Source of the DNA: Candidatus Aminicenantes bacterium
GTDB taxonomy: Bacteria; Acidobacteriota; Aminicenantia; Aminicenantales; Saccharicenantaceae
Direction: 5' to 3'
Length of the DNA: 64,000 nt
Assembly (NCBI GenBank): GCA_963843505.1
Contig: CAWJKR010000008.1
Location: 465,922 to 529,921, forward strand
Shown: positions 42,907 through 54,425 of the stretch, one piece after another
How positions within the stretch are numbered: the stretch's first letter is position 1
Layout: the number at the start of each line of letters is the position of its first letter
Notes under the pieces: generated by a model
What the model saw: only the letters and a program-made list of their open reading frames with translations
What the model was told of the DNA's origin: nothing
Databases searched by the model: none
Program-made: the position numbers and the translations under genes

Positions 42907-44126
42907 GAGCGAAGGCCCTGGCGGCCGCGCTTCTCATGATCGCCCTCCTCGCCGCCGGCTGCGGCGGGCCGGGCGGCGGGGCCTCGGCCGGCATGAATGT
43001 CCGTCGAGGGACTTTCGAGATCGTCATCCCGGCCTTCGGCGAGCTGCAGGCGGCCAAGTCCACGCCGATCGTCGTCTCGCCCGAGAGCCGCTTCGCCCTG
43101 CAGTCCATCGCCTGGATGGCCCCCGATTATACGGCGGTCAAGAGCGGCGACGTCGTCATCCGGCTGGCCAGCACGCAGCTGCCGGACATGCTGCGCTCCG
43201 AAGAAGCCGAGATGGCCAAGCTCAACCTCGAGATCGCCCAAAAGGAGAAGCAGCTCGAGAAGGAAAAGAACGACCTGACGGGCCAGATATCGGTGACGGG
43301 CATCCAGAGAGAGCTGGCCGACGTCTACGCCGCCCGGGACGAGACCATCTATTCCCGCAATAAGATCATCGAAGACGCCATCGATCTCAACTATCAGACC
43401 ATCCGCGAGCGCTACTTCCAGCAGGAGAGGACGCAGCTCGAGAAACGCATCGCCGCGGAGCTCCAGCTCCTCCAATCGAAGGCCCGCGCCCACGAGGTGA
43501 AGATCAAGCAGTTCCAGGACCAGCTGAACAACCTCGAGATCCGGGCCCCGCACGACGGCATGCTGATCATCGGCAAGATGTGGAACGGCGAGAAGTACCG
43601 CGTCGGGATGAACGCCTACAGCGGGATGAAGCTGGGCTCCCTGCCCGACCTCAGCGTCATGGAAGCCAAGGTCTTCGTCCTGGAGTCGGAGGCCGCGGGC
43701 CTCAAGGAGGGCCTGCCGGTCACGGTCGGCCTCGATTACGAGCCGGGGCGGACCTTCACCGGCAAGGTGGCCGGGATCGACACGATCGCCAAGCCTTTGA
43801 GCGAAGACAGCCCGCTGAAATATTTCGAAGCGCGCGTCGCGCTCGACGTCACCGATCCCCAGCTGATGAAGCCGGGCGTCCAGGTCCGGGCCTCCATTTT
43901 CGTGGAGAAGCTGGACGACGTCGTCGCCGTCCCGAACCAGGCCTTCGCGTTCGAGGGGGACGCGGCCTTCGTCTTCGTCAGGAAAGGCGGGCGGGTCCTG
44001 AAGAGGCCGGTCGAGATGGGCGCCCGGAGCCTGACCCAGACGGTCGTCACCAAGGGATTGGAAGAGGGCGCGCAGATCCTCCTGGGCCAGCCGGGGACCG
44101 CGGCCAAGGCGGGGAAGCCGTCATGA
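42903..44126 (+). CDS. Periplasmic adaptor / membrane fusion lipoprotein 3
   Basis: MRAKALAAALLMIALLAAGC; IRAPHDG, MKPGVQV, VPNQAF. Confidence 0.85.
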   Translation: MRAKALAAALLMIALLAAGCGGPGGGASAGMNVRRGTFEIVIPAFGELQAAKSTPIVVSPESRFALQSIAWMAPDYTAVKSGDVVIRLASTQLPDMLRSEEAEMAKLNLEIAQKEKQLEKEKNDLTGQISVTGIQRELADVYAARDETIYSRNKIIEDAIDLNYQTIRERYFQQERTQLEKRIAAELQLLQSKARAHEVKIKQFQDQLNNLEIRAPHDGMLIIGKMWNGEKYRVGMNAYSGMKLGSLPDLSVMEAKVFVLESEAAGLKEGLPVTVGLDYEPGRTFTGKVAGIDTIAKPLSEDSPLKYFEARVALDVTDPQLMKPGVQVRASIFVEKLDDVVAVPNQAFAFEGDAAFVFVRKGGRVLKRPVEMGARSLTQTVVTKGLEEGAQILLGQPGTAAKAGKPS

Positions 44127-45358
44127 AGATGACCTTCGAGTTCGCCGAATCGATGGAGTCCCTCCTCCATCACAAGCTCCGGACGCTGCTCACGCTGTTG
44201 GGAATGATCTTCGGGGTCGGGGCCGTGATCGCCATGCTGAGCATCGGGCGCGGCGCGGAACGGGAAGCCCTGCAGCTCATCGACACGATGGGCCTGCGCA
44301 ACATCATCGTCAAGGCCAAGACCTTCGAGGAGAGCAAGCTCAAGGAGATCCGCGAGAGCTGCCCGGGACTGACGATGCAGGACCTGAACGCGGCCCGGGA
44401 GACGCTGCCCTTTCTCAGCACCTACAGCGCCAGCAAGCAGGTCAAGGTCTTCGCCGTCGTCAGCCGGGACCGGGAGAGCGACGCCGAGGTCTCGGGGGTG
44501 ACGCCGACGCACCTCGACATGGCCAATCTGAGCGTCAGCGCGGGCCGGTTCCTGCTGCCTTTCGACGACCTCGTCTACGCCCACGTGTGCGTGATCGGGT
44601 CGCGCGTCGCCCAGGTCCTGTTCCCGGGGGAGTCGCCCCTCGGCCGGCAGGTCAAGATCAACCACGTCTGGATGACGGTCGTCGGCGTGCTGCTGGACAA
44701 GAACCTCCTCAAGGAGGAATTCCAGGGCATCGCCCTCAAGGGCGAGCAGAACAACATCTATGTCCCGCTCCAAACGGCCCTGAAGGTCTTCCGGTTCGGG
44801 AACTACGAATCCGACCTCGACGAATTCCGGGTCCAGCTGAGGCCCGAGATCTCGAGCGCCTCGGCCGCGGGGACCCTGGCCCACCTGATGAAGCGCCGCC
44901 ACAAGGAGATCGACGATTACGAGATGATCGTGCCCGAGGCCCTTCTCGAGCAGCACCGCAAGACCCAGAACATCTTCACCATCGTCATGGCCTGCATCGC
45001 CGGGATCTCGCTCCTCGTGGGCGGCATCGGGATCATGAACATCATGCTGGCCACGGTGCTCGAGCGGACGCGGGAGATCGGGCTGAGGCGGGCCGTGGGC
45101 GCGAGGCAGATCGACATCCGGAGCCAGTTCATCGCCGAGACGGTCACCATCTCGGCCATCGGCGGGACGGCCGGGATCCTCTTCGGCTTCGCGCTGTCCA
45201 TGCTCATCTCGGCGTTCACCGGCTGGCCGGTCGGCTGGACGATCACCGCCGTGCTGCTGTCGTTCTTCGTCTGCACGGTCATCGGCCTGGCCTCCGGGAT
45301 CTACCCGGCGCTCAAGGCCTCACGGCTGGACCCGATCGAGGCCCTGCGTCACGATTGA
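44123..45358 (+). CDS. MacB-family ABC permease
   Basis: LRTLLTLLGMIFGVGAV, GGIGIMNIML, ERTREIGLRRAVGA, LDPIEALRHD. Confidence 0.93.
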   Translation: MKMTFEFAESMESLLHHKLRTLLTLLGMIFGVGAVIAMLSIGRGAEREALQLIDTMGLRNIIVKAKTFEESKLKEIRESCPGLTMQDLNAARETLPFLSTYSASKQVKVFAVVSRDRESDAEVSGVTPTHLDMANLSVSAGRFLLPFDDLVYAHVCVIGSRVAQVLFPGESPLGRQVKINHVWMTVVGVLLDKNLLKEEFQGIALKGEQNNIYVPLQTALKVFRFGNYESDLDEFRVQLRPEISSASAAGTLAHLMKRRHKEIDDYEMIVPEALLEQHRKTQNIFTIVMACIAGISLLVGGIGIMNIMLATVLERTREIGLRRAVGARQIDIRSQFIAETVTISAIGGTAGILFGFALSMLISAFTGWPVGWTITAVLLSFFVCTVIGLASGIYPALKASRLDPIEALRHD

Positions 45359-45453
45359 AGCGCGCCGGACACCCGAGCGACTCCAGCCCGATGGGCGGAG
45401 AGCCAGGCCCACGAAGCCCCGCCATCGGGGCCGTTCTGAGCCGTCCGAACGGT

Positions 45454-46698
45454 TCAGTTCGAGCGGCGCGCCGCCGTCAGCGGCGTGGGAACCGGAAACG
45501 AGAAGTTCAGGGCGTTCGGGCCGGCCTTGGTGATCGTGATGGTCTGCTCGAGCGAGACCCGGCCCTCGAACGACGCGACGACCGCATAGGCCCCGACCGG
45601 CAGATCGACCTTGACGGCTGTGATATCGGCGGGCAGCCATTCGTCGTCATAACCGACGATGTCCTGCCTTTTGACCTCGACCATGGGCGTCCCGGGCAGG
45701 TCCGAGAGCTGCCGGATGGAGAGGGACACGAAAAGCGTGTCGACCGGGACCTTGTCCAAGTCCCCGTCCATGACGACGGCCTTGAGGTCCAATGAGCCGG
45801 TCTCCGCGGGGACGGGGAGCGTGAAATCCACCGGATAGACATTGCCGTTCACCGCGCCGGCGATCTGGTCCCAATCGGGCGCATAATACGGATTGGTCGA
45901 GTTCCATTGGGTCGCCACGGCGTTGAGCTCGAGCGGATCCGGGATATTGAGGAACCAGAACATATAGGCGCCGGTGCTGTCGGCCACGGTCGTCCCGTAC
46001 CGGGTGATCTCTTCCGCGAAATCCTGGCCGTCGGCCCGGGGCTTGTAGATCTGGAGGCTGACTTCGGCGCCTGGGATCCCCGCGCCCTCCGCGGTCTTGA
46101 CGAACCCCTTGATGATCGTCCGGGTCTGGCTGTCGTCGATCTGGTGGATCGTCGGCCTGAGGATGTACTTTCCACTATGGCCCGTGGCCACGACCGACGC
46201 GGCGACGTCGAAATCGAAGATCAGCTCGGTCGTGGAGTTCTCGTTGATGTCAAACCCCTGGACGAGCTTGACGCCGGACTGGACGCCGCTCGGGGTCTTC
46301 ATCTCATGGATGTTCTCCGCCTCGTCGACCACGTAGTTCGCGAACTGGAGAGGATCCACGCTATTGACGGTGCCGATCATGAGCCGCATTTGCGTGTAGT
46401 GGCCCGGGGCGAGGTCGACCATCCCCAGCTCGAGCCGGACGCCGTTGGCCAGGGTCAAGAGATCGACCGTCCGGTTCACGTCGAGGATCTTCGTCCAGGA
46501 ATCCTCGGGATCGCCTTCCATATGGACGTAGATGTCCCGAACGGTGACCCAGACCTCCTTGTAGTCGTGCGTCGGCTTGTCGGTGAGGCTCAGCGAAAGT
46601 CGCCCCGTGTTGTCGCCGCCGACGTTGCAGGCGATCAGACCCGTGAGAAGAAAGGCCAACAGAGTGATTCCCTTGACCTTGGAGAGATGAGATGCCAT
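45454..46698 (-). CDS. DUF4382-domain lipoprotein
   Basis: LIAC lipobox; LSLSLTDKP, VDLLTL, GHYTQMRL, TPSGVQSGVKL, FDFDVAAS, YILRP. Confidence 0.85.
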   Translation of the reverse strand: MASHLSKVKGITLLAFLLTGLIACNVGGDNTGRLSLSLTDKPTHDYKEVWVTVRDIYVHMEGDPEDSWTKILDVNRTVDLLTLANGVRLELGMVDLAPGHYTQMRLMIGTVNSVDPLQFANYVVDEAENIHEMKTPSGVQSGVKLVQGFDINENSTTELIFDFDVAASVVATGHSGKYILRPTIHQIDDSQTRTIIKGFVKTAEGAGIPGAEVSLQIYKPRADGQDFAEEITRYGTTVADSTGAYMFWFLNIPDPLELNAVATQWNSTNPYYAPDWDQIAGAVNGNVYPVDFTLPVPAETGSLDLKAVVMDGDLDKVPVDTLFVSLSIRQLSDLPGTPMVEVKRQDIVGYDDEWLPADITAVKVDLPVGAYAVVASFEGRVSLEQTITITKAGPNALNFSFPVPTPLTAARRSN

Positions 46699-46938
46699 GG
46701 CAAGACCTCCTTTTTCTTTCCCGAATAAAAGCCCCGGACAATCCAAGTTCAAGTTAGTCCCACTTCGGTGGATTGTCAAGAATCCGAACATTAAAATTTC
46801 ATTAAAATCGGGGACACAATACCATTTTCCGAATTGGCCGGCCTTACGGGGCAGGGGGACAGGAACCTTTAGGCCGTCCATTGCGTCCTAATTAGAGGCC
46901 GAAGTCGAAATCTGCCTCCCGCACGGAAAGGACGGAAA

Positions 46939-48656
46939 ATGACCTCCAACAAGCTCGCGACCCGGTTTTTCCTCATTGGCGCGGCGTTGATCCTCCTCCA
47001 ACTCGAGGCCTTGACGGCCTGGCCCGCCCAGACCGCGCCGTCCCGCGCCAGCGGCCTGACCGACCAGCAGTGGCGGGAAGACATCGATTTTCTCGCCAAG
47101 ACGGTCGCCGAAAAGCACCGCCATCCCTTCGATACCCTCGTCCCGGGCCGATTTCGACAAAGCCGTCGCCGCGCTTCGCGACCGCGTTCCCGCCCTGGCC
47201 GACCACGAGGTCGTCGTCGGCATGATCAAGCTGGTGGCCATGCTGCGGGACGGCCACAGCCGCCTGACCCTGCCGGTCGGCCCGGCCGCGGACACGCAGA
47301 GCCACACGCCCGACGGCCGCTCCCAAGACCGGCATGGCCTTCCACATCCTGCCCTTCAGGCTCTATCTCTTCAGCGACGGCCTCTACGTCCAGGCCGCGA
47401 CCCCCGAGCATCGCGACCTCGTCGGCGCCCGGATCGTCCGGATCGGCACGATGACGGCCGAGGCCGCGCTGGAGGCGGTCCGGCCCGCGGTCCACTACGA
47501 TTCCGAGATGTGGCTCAAGCTCGTCGGCCCTCAGTTTCTCGGGGTCCCCGAGATCCTCCAGGCCTGCGGCGTCACTGAGGCCGTCGAACGGACGCCCCTG
47601 ACCCTGGAGAAGGACGGGCGGACGACGACCGTCGTCCTCGAGCCGCTGCCCGCCTCTCCCGATCCGGCCTGGGTCGTTTGGAGTGACGTATCGGGGACGC
47701 CCAAGCCTCTCTTTCTCAGGAATACGGACAAGACCTTCTGGTTCGAGGTCCTGCCCGACCGGAAAGCCCTCTACGCGCAGGTCAATTCCGTCCAGGACGG
47801 AGAGACCGAAACGCTGGCGGCTTTCTCGGCCCGGATGGTCGCCGCGGCCCAGGCCGCCGGCGCGGACAGGATCGTCCTCGACCTCCGGCTGAACGGCGGC
47901 GGCAACAATTATCTCGGGCGCGGACTGGTCCTGGCCCTGCTCGGCGCCGAGAACCTCAATCGCTACGGCCGCCTGTACACGATCATCGGCCGCAACACGT
48001 TCTCGGCCGCGGTCAGCCTCGTCTCCGCCCTCGAGCGCTGGTCGGAGACGATCTTCGTCGGCGAGCCCACGGGCAATGTCCCGAGCCAGTACGGCGACTC
48101 CCGGCGATATCCCTTGCCTCACAGCGGACTGACCGTCCGTCTGTCTTCGGTCTACTGGCGCGACGCGGAGGTCGACGAGCGCCGGCCCTGGGTGGCCCCG
48201 GACATCGCGACCCCCCTCGCCTGGGCGGATTACGCGGCCGGCAGGGACCCGGCCCTCGAGGCCGCCCTGGCCTATGAGGCTCCGGCCTCCCTTATCGACC
48301 AGCTCAAGGACAAGTACAAATGGGGCGGGATGCGCGCGGCGGCTTCCCACTATTACAAGCACCGCAATTCCCCGATCACTGCCGCGGTCCGCACGGACGA
48401 CACGCTCCTGGCGATGGCCGACTTCCTCTTCGCCCAAAAGGACGCGGACAACGCGGTCGAGATCCTGCGCCGCGCGGTGGCCGAGTACCCGGATTCCGCG
48501 CCATGCCTTCTGGCCTTGGGGAAGCGGCTCGTCGAGCGGGGCGACGGTCAGGGCGCGCTCGAGCCGCTGAAAAAAGCGCTGGCCCTCAAGCCCGGCGACC
48601 CCGTTGCCGCCGAGTGGCTCGAGAAGGCGGAGAGGATCGTCCGGGCCAAGAAGTGA
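46939..48656 (+). CDS. S41-family peptidase with C-terminal TPR; frameshifted near 47130-47330
   Basis: Signal; WREDIDFL, DGHSRL, DLRLNGGG, GRNTFSAA, VGEPTG; TPR helices at the C-terminus. Confidence 0.82.
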
Positions 48657-48671
48657 ACCTGGCCCCGCCGG

Positions 48672-49082
48672 CTATGAGGCCCGTCCGTCGAGGACGCAGC
48701 GGATGGCCGCGGCGATCTCGCGGAGGGTGTAGGGCTTCGCCACGAGCTGGCGGATCCCCAGACGGGCGGCCTTTGCCTCGCCGGACTCGTCGATGCATCC
48801 CGAGCATAAGAGGACGGGGAGGTCCTTCCGGATCCTCATCGCTTCCTCCGCGAGGGCCGTCCCGGTCATGTGCGGCATGTTCTGATCGGTGACGACGATA
48901 TCGAAGGCCTGGGGATCGTCGCGAATGAGCTCGAGGGCCTTGGGCCGTCGGTCGCGAAGGTCGAGACGTAGCCCAGCCGCTCCAACACGGCGGAGAGGCT
49001 CTCGGCCTGAACACGGTCATCGTCGACGACCAGGACCCGTTCGTTTCCCCGGGGGACGCGGACTCGGTTATCTTTCGACCAT
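48672..49082 (-). CDS. Single-domain response regulator (receiver); frameshifted
   Basis: PRGNERVLVVDDD, FDIVVTDQNMPHMTG, LCSG, VAKPY motifs across frames. Confidence 0.75.
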
Positions 49083-49102
49083 GCTGTCTTGCCCAGCGGA
49101 TA

Positions 49103-49622
49103 CTAAGGTTTGTCCCTCAGGTCCGCCAGGACCTGCTCCAGCTTGTCGAAGGACTGGTTCCATCCTTGCCGGGCGCCCTCCTGATCCGGACCGGGCGCGA
49201 AGCCGGCGTGCTTCAATGTCATCTTGGTCTTGCCGCCGATCTCCTCGAAGGTCACGGTCAGCGAGCAGCTCGCGCGGGAAATCGGGGCTCATGCCGTATT
49301 GGGTCGCCGGCACGATGTTGCCCTTCTCGTCGGCGAAGGAGTCGGTCATGACGATCCGCTCGAAAGGCGTGATCTCGCGGTAGAATCCCGTGCCCCAAAT
49401 GTCCTTGCCCTCGGGCGATCTCATGCAATAGAGGAATTGCCCGCCGACGCGGAGCGATATCCTGGCCACGGGGATCGGATACCCCTTGGGACCCCACCAG
49501 CGCATGACCAGGTCCGGCACGGTCCAAGCCTCCCAGACACGCTCACGGGGAGCGTCGAACTCCCGCTCGATATCCAGAGACGCGCCGAAGGTTTCCAGCG
49601 CTTCGTCCTTGTGCATGACCAT
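49103..49622 (-). CDS. SRPBCC/AHSA1 domain protein; frameshift near 49270
   Basis: IEREFDAPRERVWEAWT, RWWGP, GGQFLYCM, GWNQSFDKL. Confidence 0.88.
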
Positions 49623-49820
49623 GGCCGCTCCTCCAGGAGGCGATTAGCTGGACCTCATCCGCCCCTAAGTTACGCAAGAATCTTGCCAAATGCCGGTTTT
49701 TCCGAGAATTCTCTTCCCCTGCCTGAAAACAGGCGGAGGGACGGCGCACGGACCGCCCGGAGCGTGGGCAAAATCCCACGGCGCAGGACGGCTTCCTATC
49801 GGAGGGGAATAGGAGAAGGG

Positions 49821-51759
49821 CTAGGCGGCGGGGCGCTTGGCCGGGACGTGACGGTCCTCGACGCGCAGGGTGAAACCGGTCTTGTCGAAGTACTCCAGGA
49901 TGGCCTGGGCGTACTTGCGGGACAGGTCGAGCCGGTCGCGAAGCTCGGCGATGGTGACGCTGCCGTGGCGCTCGATGAGGCCGGCGACGGCGGCGCGCGC
50001 CGCTTCGATCGTCTCGCGGTGATAGATGACCTTGGGGGCCAGCCGGACGAGCTCGCCGGAGCGGAGGAGTCCGGAAAGGACGGGGTTGAAAACGGAAGGG
50101 TTGAGGCCGAGCTTCGTCCTCACGTCGTCTTCGAGCGGGGCCGAGAAGCGGGCGGCGCGGAAGGCGCCTTCGACCCGGGCGCGGAGCGCGGCCTCGACCG
50201 GGTCGGTTTTCGCCTCGCGGCCGGCGAGCCCGATCTCGGCGTCCTTCCGGACGAGAAGGCCGTCCGCGATGAGCGCGTCGAGGACGAGCTTGAGGGTCGG
50301 CGCGTCGCTCGTCTTGAGGAATTCCGCCCGGAGGTCCGAGTAGGGCATGGCCGCGCGGAACGGGTTCCTCTCGAAATACGCCCGGACCGCGGCCACGAGC
50401 CCGTCGGAGAGGCGCGCAAAGGCCGATCGGTGGAGATAGCGCTCCGGCTTCTCGCCGGGGAGGGCGACGAGGCTGCCGTCGGCGAGGAGGGCCGTGACGG
50501 CCTCGGCGACCTCGGGCTCGCCGCGGCCGAGCTTGCGGGTGATGTCGAGGACGGCCTGGGGCGCGCCGCCGGCCTTGGCGAACATCTGCTCGACGGCGTC
50601 GCGGGACGTGCCCCCGAGCTTGCCCAGGCCTTCGAGGACGCCGCCGCTGAAGCGCTTGTGCTTTTCGGGCGCGGCGTCGAGCACGCGGCCGCCGCCGATC
50701 GTCACGATGGGGGAGAAGGAGCGGATGACGAACCGGTCGCCGGGGAGGGCGACGGCCGGGCGCTCGAGGATGAGCTGGACGGCCGCCGTGGCGCCGGGCG
50801 CGATCGTCGGCGCGCCGATGACGGACAGGCGGGCCATGACCTCGTCCGTGCCGATGTGGAGGCGGACGCGGTCGCGGTGCTTGATCTCGCGGGGGGCGCC
50901 CGGCAGGACGTCGAGGCGGACGTCGAGGCGGGCCGTCGGGGCGAGCGATCCCGTCGGCGGCCGCGACCTGGCCGCGGCGGAGGTCGTCCTTGGCGACGTC
51001 CTGGAGGTTGAGCGCGGTCCGCCGGCCGATCGCCGGACCGCTCCGCTTTCGACTCGTGGACCTGGACGCCGCGGACGCGGGTCTTGAGGCCCTCGGGGTA
51101 GATCTCGATCCGGTCGCCCGCGCGCGACCGCGCCCGGACAGGATGGTCCCGGCGACGACCGTGCCGAAGCCGTGGATGATGAAGACGCGGTCGATGGGCA
51201 TGCGGAAGACGCCGCTGTCGGGGCGCGGGCCCGACGCGGCGGCCGATCTCCTGGAGCGCCGCTTTGAGCGCCGGGACGCCGGCCCCGGTCAGCGCCGAGA
51301 CGGGGATGACGGGCGCGTCGTCGAGGAACGAGCCGCGGACGAAGTGCGCGGACCTCGGCCGTGAGCTCGGCCAGGCGGGCCTCGTCGACGAGGTCGCACT
51401 TCGTCAGGGCGATGATGCCGCGCTTGACGCCGAGGAGCCGGAGGATGTCGAAGTGCTCGCGGGTCTGGACGGCGATGCCCTCGTCGGCGGCGATGACGAA
51501 CAGGGCGGCGTCGATGTTGCGAGGCGCCGGCGACCATGGTCTTGACGAACTTCTCGTGGCCGGGGACGTCGATGAAGACGATCTGCTTCTCGTAGTCCGG
51601 GTCGTCGAGGAAGACGAAGCCGAGCTCGATCGTCATGCCCCGCTCTTTTTCCTCGGGCAGGGTGTCGGGGTCGATGCCGGTCAGGGCCCTGACGAGGGCG
51701 CTCTTGCCGTGGTCGATGTGGCCGGCCGTGCCGACGATGACGTGGTCGAGGTCGGGCAT
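49821..51759 (-). CDS. selB: Selenocysteine-specific elongation factor; several frameshifts
   Basis: [65 protein letters not shown]. Confidence 0.93.
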
Positions 51760-52978
51760 GGGCGCGAAGCGGGGGCGGAGGCGCGGAGGCGGATGCGGGC
51801 CGGGCCCTTGCGCGAGGACGCGGCCGATGACCGCGGCCGCGGGGACGCCCTGCTCGCGGAGGGCGGCGAGGAGGGCGCGGGGCCTTGGACTTGCGGACGG
51901 CGATGAGCAGGCCCGCCCGAGGTCTGGGGGTCGTAGAGGAGCGTCTCGAGGTCCTCGCCGGCGGCCTTGTCGCGCTTGACGAAGGCGGCGGCGTACTCGC
52001 GGTTGCGCTCGACGGCGCCGGAGATCGACGCCCGTCGCGGATGAGGTCGAGGACGCCGGGGAAGACGGGGATGGCGGCGCCGTCGATCTCGACCGTCGAC
52101 GCCGCTCTGGGCGGCCGATCTCGCCGAGGTGGCCGGCCAGGCCGAAGCCGGTGACGTCGGTCGCCGTGCGTGACGCCGGCCGCGGTCATGACCTCGGCGG
52201 CGGCCCGGTTGAGCGCGCCCATGGAGCGCTCGGCGGCGGCCAGGCCGTCGGCGGGCGCCCGGCCGATCTGGCGGGCGAAGCTGAGGATGCCCGTGCCGAT
52301 GGGCTTGGTCAGGATGAGGAGGTCGCCGGGCCGGGCCTTGCTGTTGACGGTCATCCGGCGGGGATCGACGACGCCGGTCACGGCGAAGCCGAACTTGATC
52401 TCGTGGTCCTTGATGCTGTGGCCGCCGAGGAGGGCGACGCCGGCCTCGCGGAGCTTGTCGACGCCGCCCTGGAGCATGCGGTTCATGATCCGCGGGCGAG
52501 AGCGTCTCGATGGGGAAGGCGATGATCGAGAGGGCCGTGAGCGGCTTGCCGCCCATGGCGTAGATGTCGCTGACGGAGTTGGCCGCGGCGATCTCGCCGA
52601 AGGCGTAGGGGTCGTCGACGACGGGCGTGAAGACGTCGACCGATCTGGACGAGGGCCGTGCGGGGCGTGAGCCGGTAGACGCCGGCGTCGTCGCAGGTCT
52701 CGGCGGAGACGAGGACGCGCGGGTCGACGACGCGGGGCAGGCCGGCGAGGGCCCGCTTGAGGTCCTCCTGGCCGATCTTGGAGGCGCAGCCGGCGTTCTC
52801 GACGAGGGGGGTCAGGGCGACGTCCTCGGGGGCGTCCTCGAGCGCGCTCGCCGGCGCAGAGGCAGACGTTCTTCTGCTTGAAGAGGTCGCAGGGGCAGGG
52901 GTCCTTGGGGTTGCAGATGCAGTGGCCGAGCTCGATCGACCGGCCCATGATCCGCTTGCGCTTCTCGAAGTCGATCAT
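51760..52978 (-). CDS. selD: Selenide,water dikinase with an N-terminal Cys-rich extension; frameshifted, 3' end approximate
   Basis: [66 protein letters not shown] motifs. Confidence 0.9.
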
Positions 52979-54405
52979 GACCAGGACTGCGGAAGCGCGC
53001 TTCGCGACCGGTCTTCCTCGGGCTGGATCGTCCGGAGATCGAAGAGACGCGTCCTTGTGGATGCGGGCGAAGACGGCTCGGAGCGCCAGGCGGAGCGCCC
53101 GCCATCGGCATCGATGCGGAGGGCGCAGCCGGACGGCCAGAACTCGCGGGGACCGCTCCGACCGGGACCGCCGCTTCGACCTGCGGCTCGCCGTCGAACC
53201 GTACGGCCGCGGCTCGACTCGAGGCAGCCGCTTCCGCAGCGCGCGCTCGAGGCGGCCGGGCGCGCCGCTCGAGGTCGTCGGGCGTGAGGGCGAGCATCCG
53301 GTAGAGGGGATGGCGGTCGCGGGCAGCTCGTCGGGGTCCAGGAAGAGCTTGAGCGTCGCCTCGAGGGCGGCGAGCGTCAGCTTGCCGCAGCGGAAGGCCC
53401 GGGCGAGCGGGTCTTTCTTCTTCCGGATCACGGCCGCGGCCTTGCCGACGATGATGCCGCACTGCGGGCCGCCGATGAGCTTGTCGCCGCTGAAGCAGAC
53501 GACATCGGCGCCGGCCGCGGACGCTCGCCTGGACGAGGGGCTCGGTCGGCCAGGCCGAAGCGGGCGAGATCGACGAGGGCGCCGCTGCCGAGGTCGTCGA
53601 TGACGGGGACGCCGCGGGCGCGGCCGAGGGCGGCCAGCTCCTCGATCGACGGCTCTTCGGCGAAGCCGACGATGCGGTAGTTGCTGTGGTGGACGCGCAG
53701 GATGGCGCCCGGTCGTTCGGTGACGGCGGCCTCGTAGTCGCGGAGGTGGGTCTTGTTCGTCGTGCCGACCTCGCGCAGGACGGCGCCGCTCGTGGCCATG
53801 ACGTCGGGCATGCGGAAGGAGCCGCCGATCTCGACGAGCTGGCCGCGGGAGACGATGACCTCCTTGCCGCGGGCGAGCGTGTTGAGGATGAGGACGGTCG
53901 CGGCGGCGTTGTTGTTGGCGACGGTCGCGGCCTCGGCGCCGGTGAGCTCGCGGAGGAGCGCCTCGACGTGGCGGTCGCGGGAAACGCGCTTGCCCGCTTC
54001 GAGGTCGAGGGCGAGGGTCGAGTAGCCGGAGGCGACGGCGGCCAGGGCGTCGCCGGCGGCGGACGGAGAGGACGGCCCGGCCGAGGCCGGAGTGCATGAT
54101 GACGCCGGTGGCGTTGACGGCCGGGGCGAGCGAGGGGGCGAATTTGCGTTCGAGGCGGCGACGGAGCCGCTCGATGATGGCCGGCGCCGAGATATCGGGC
54201 GGGAACGGGGAGGAGGCCGCCTCCCGCCGGGTCCGGAGGACGCGCCGGCGATCGCCGTCCGGAGCTCGTCGAGAGTCTCCCGGGCCGAGGCGACGACGGC
54301 CTCGCGTCCGAAGCGATCGATGAGCGGGCCGGCCGCGGCCTCGGCGAGAAGCGCGTCGAGGGAGGGGATCTTCCGGTAGGCGTTCGCTTTCGTCGGATCG
54401 TTCAT
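52975..54405 (-). CDS. selA: L-seryl-tRNA(Sec) selenium transferase; many frameshifts
   Basis: [62 protein letters not shown]. Confidence 0.93.
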
Positions 54406-54425
54406 GGGGACCTGACCCGGGCCTG

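Noticed and set aside
51740-51900. Possible SelD-SelB fusion (no clear selD stop)
   Set aside because: The region is error-rich and the frame cannot be trusted, so a fusion is not supportable without polishing.
49821-54405. Decay of the selenocysteine machinery
   Set aside because: Indel density is highest here, but catalytic motifs and tRNA-Sec are intact. This is most likely a low-quality assembly stretch.
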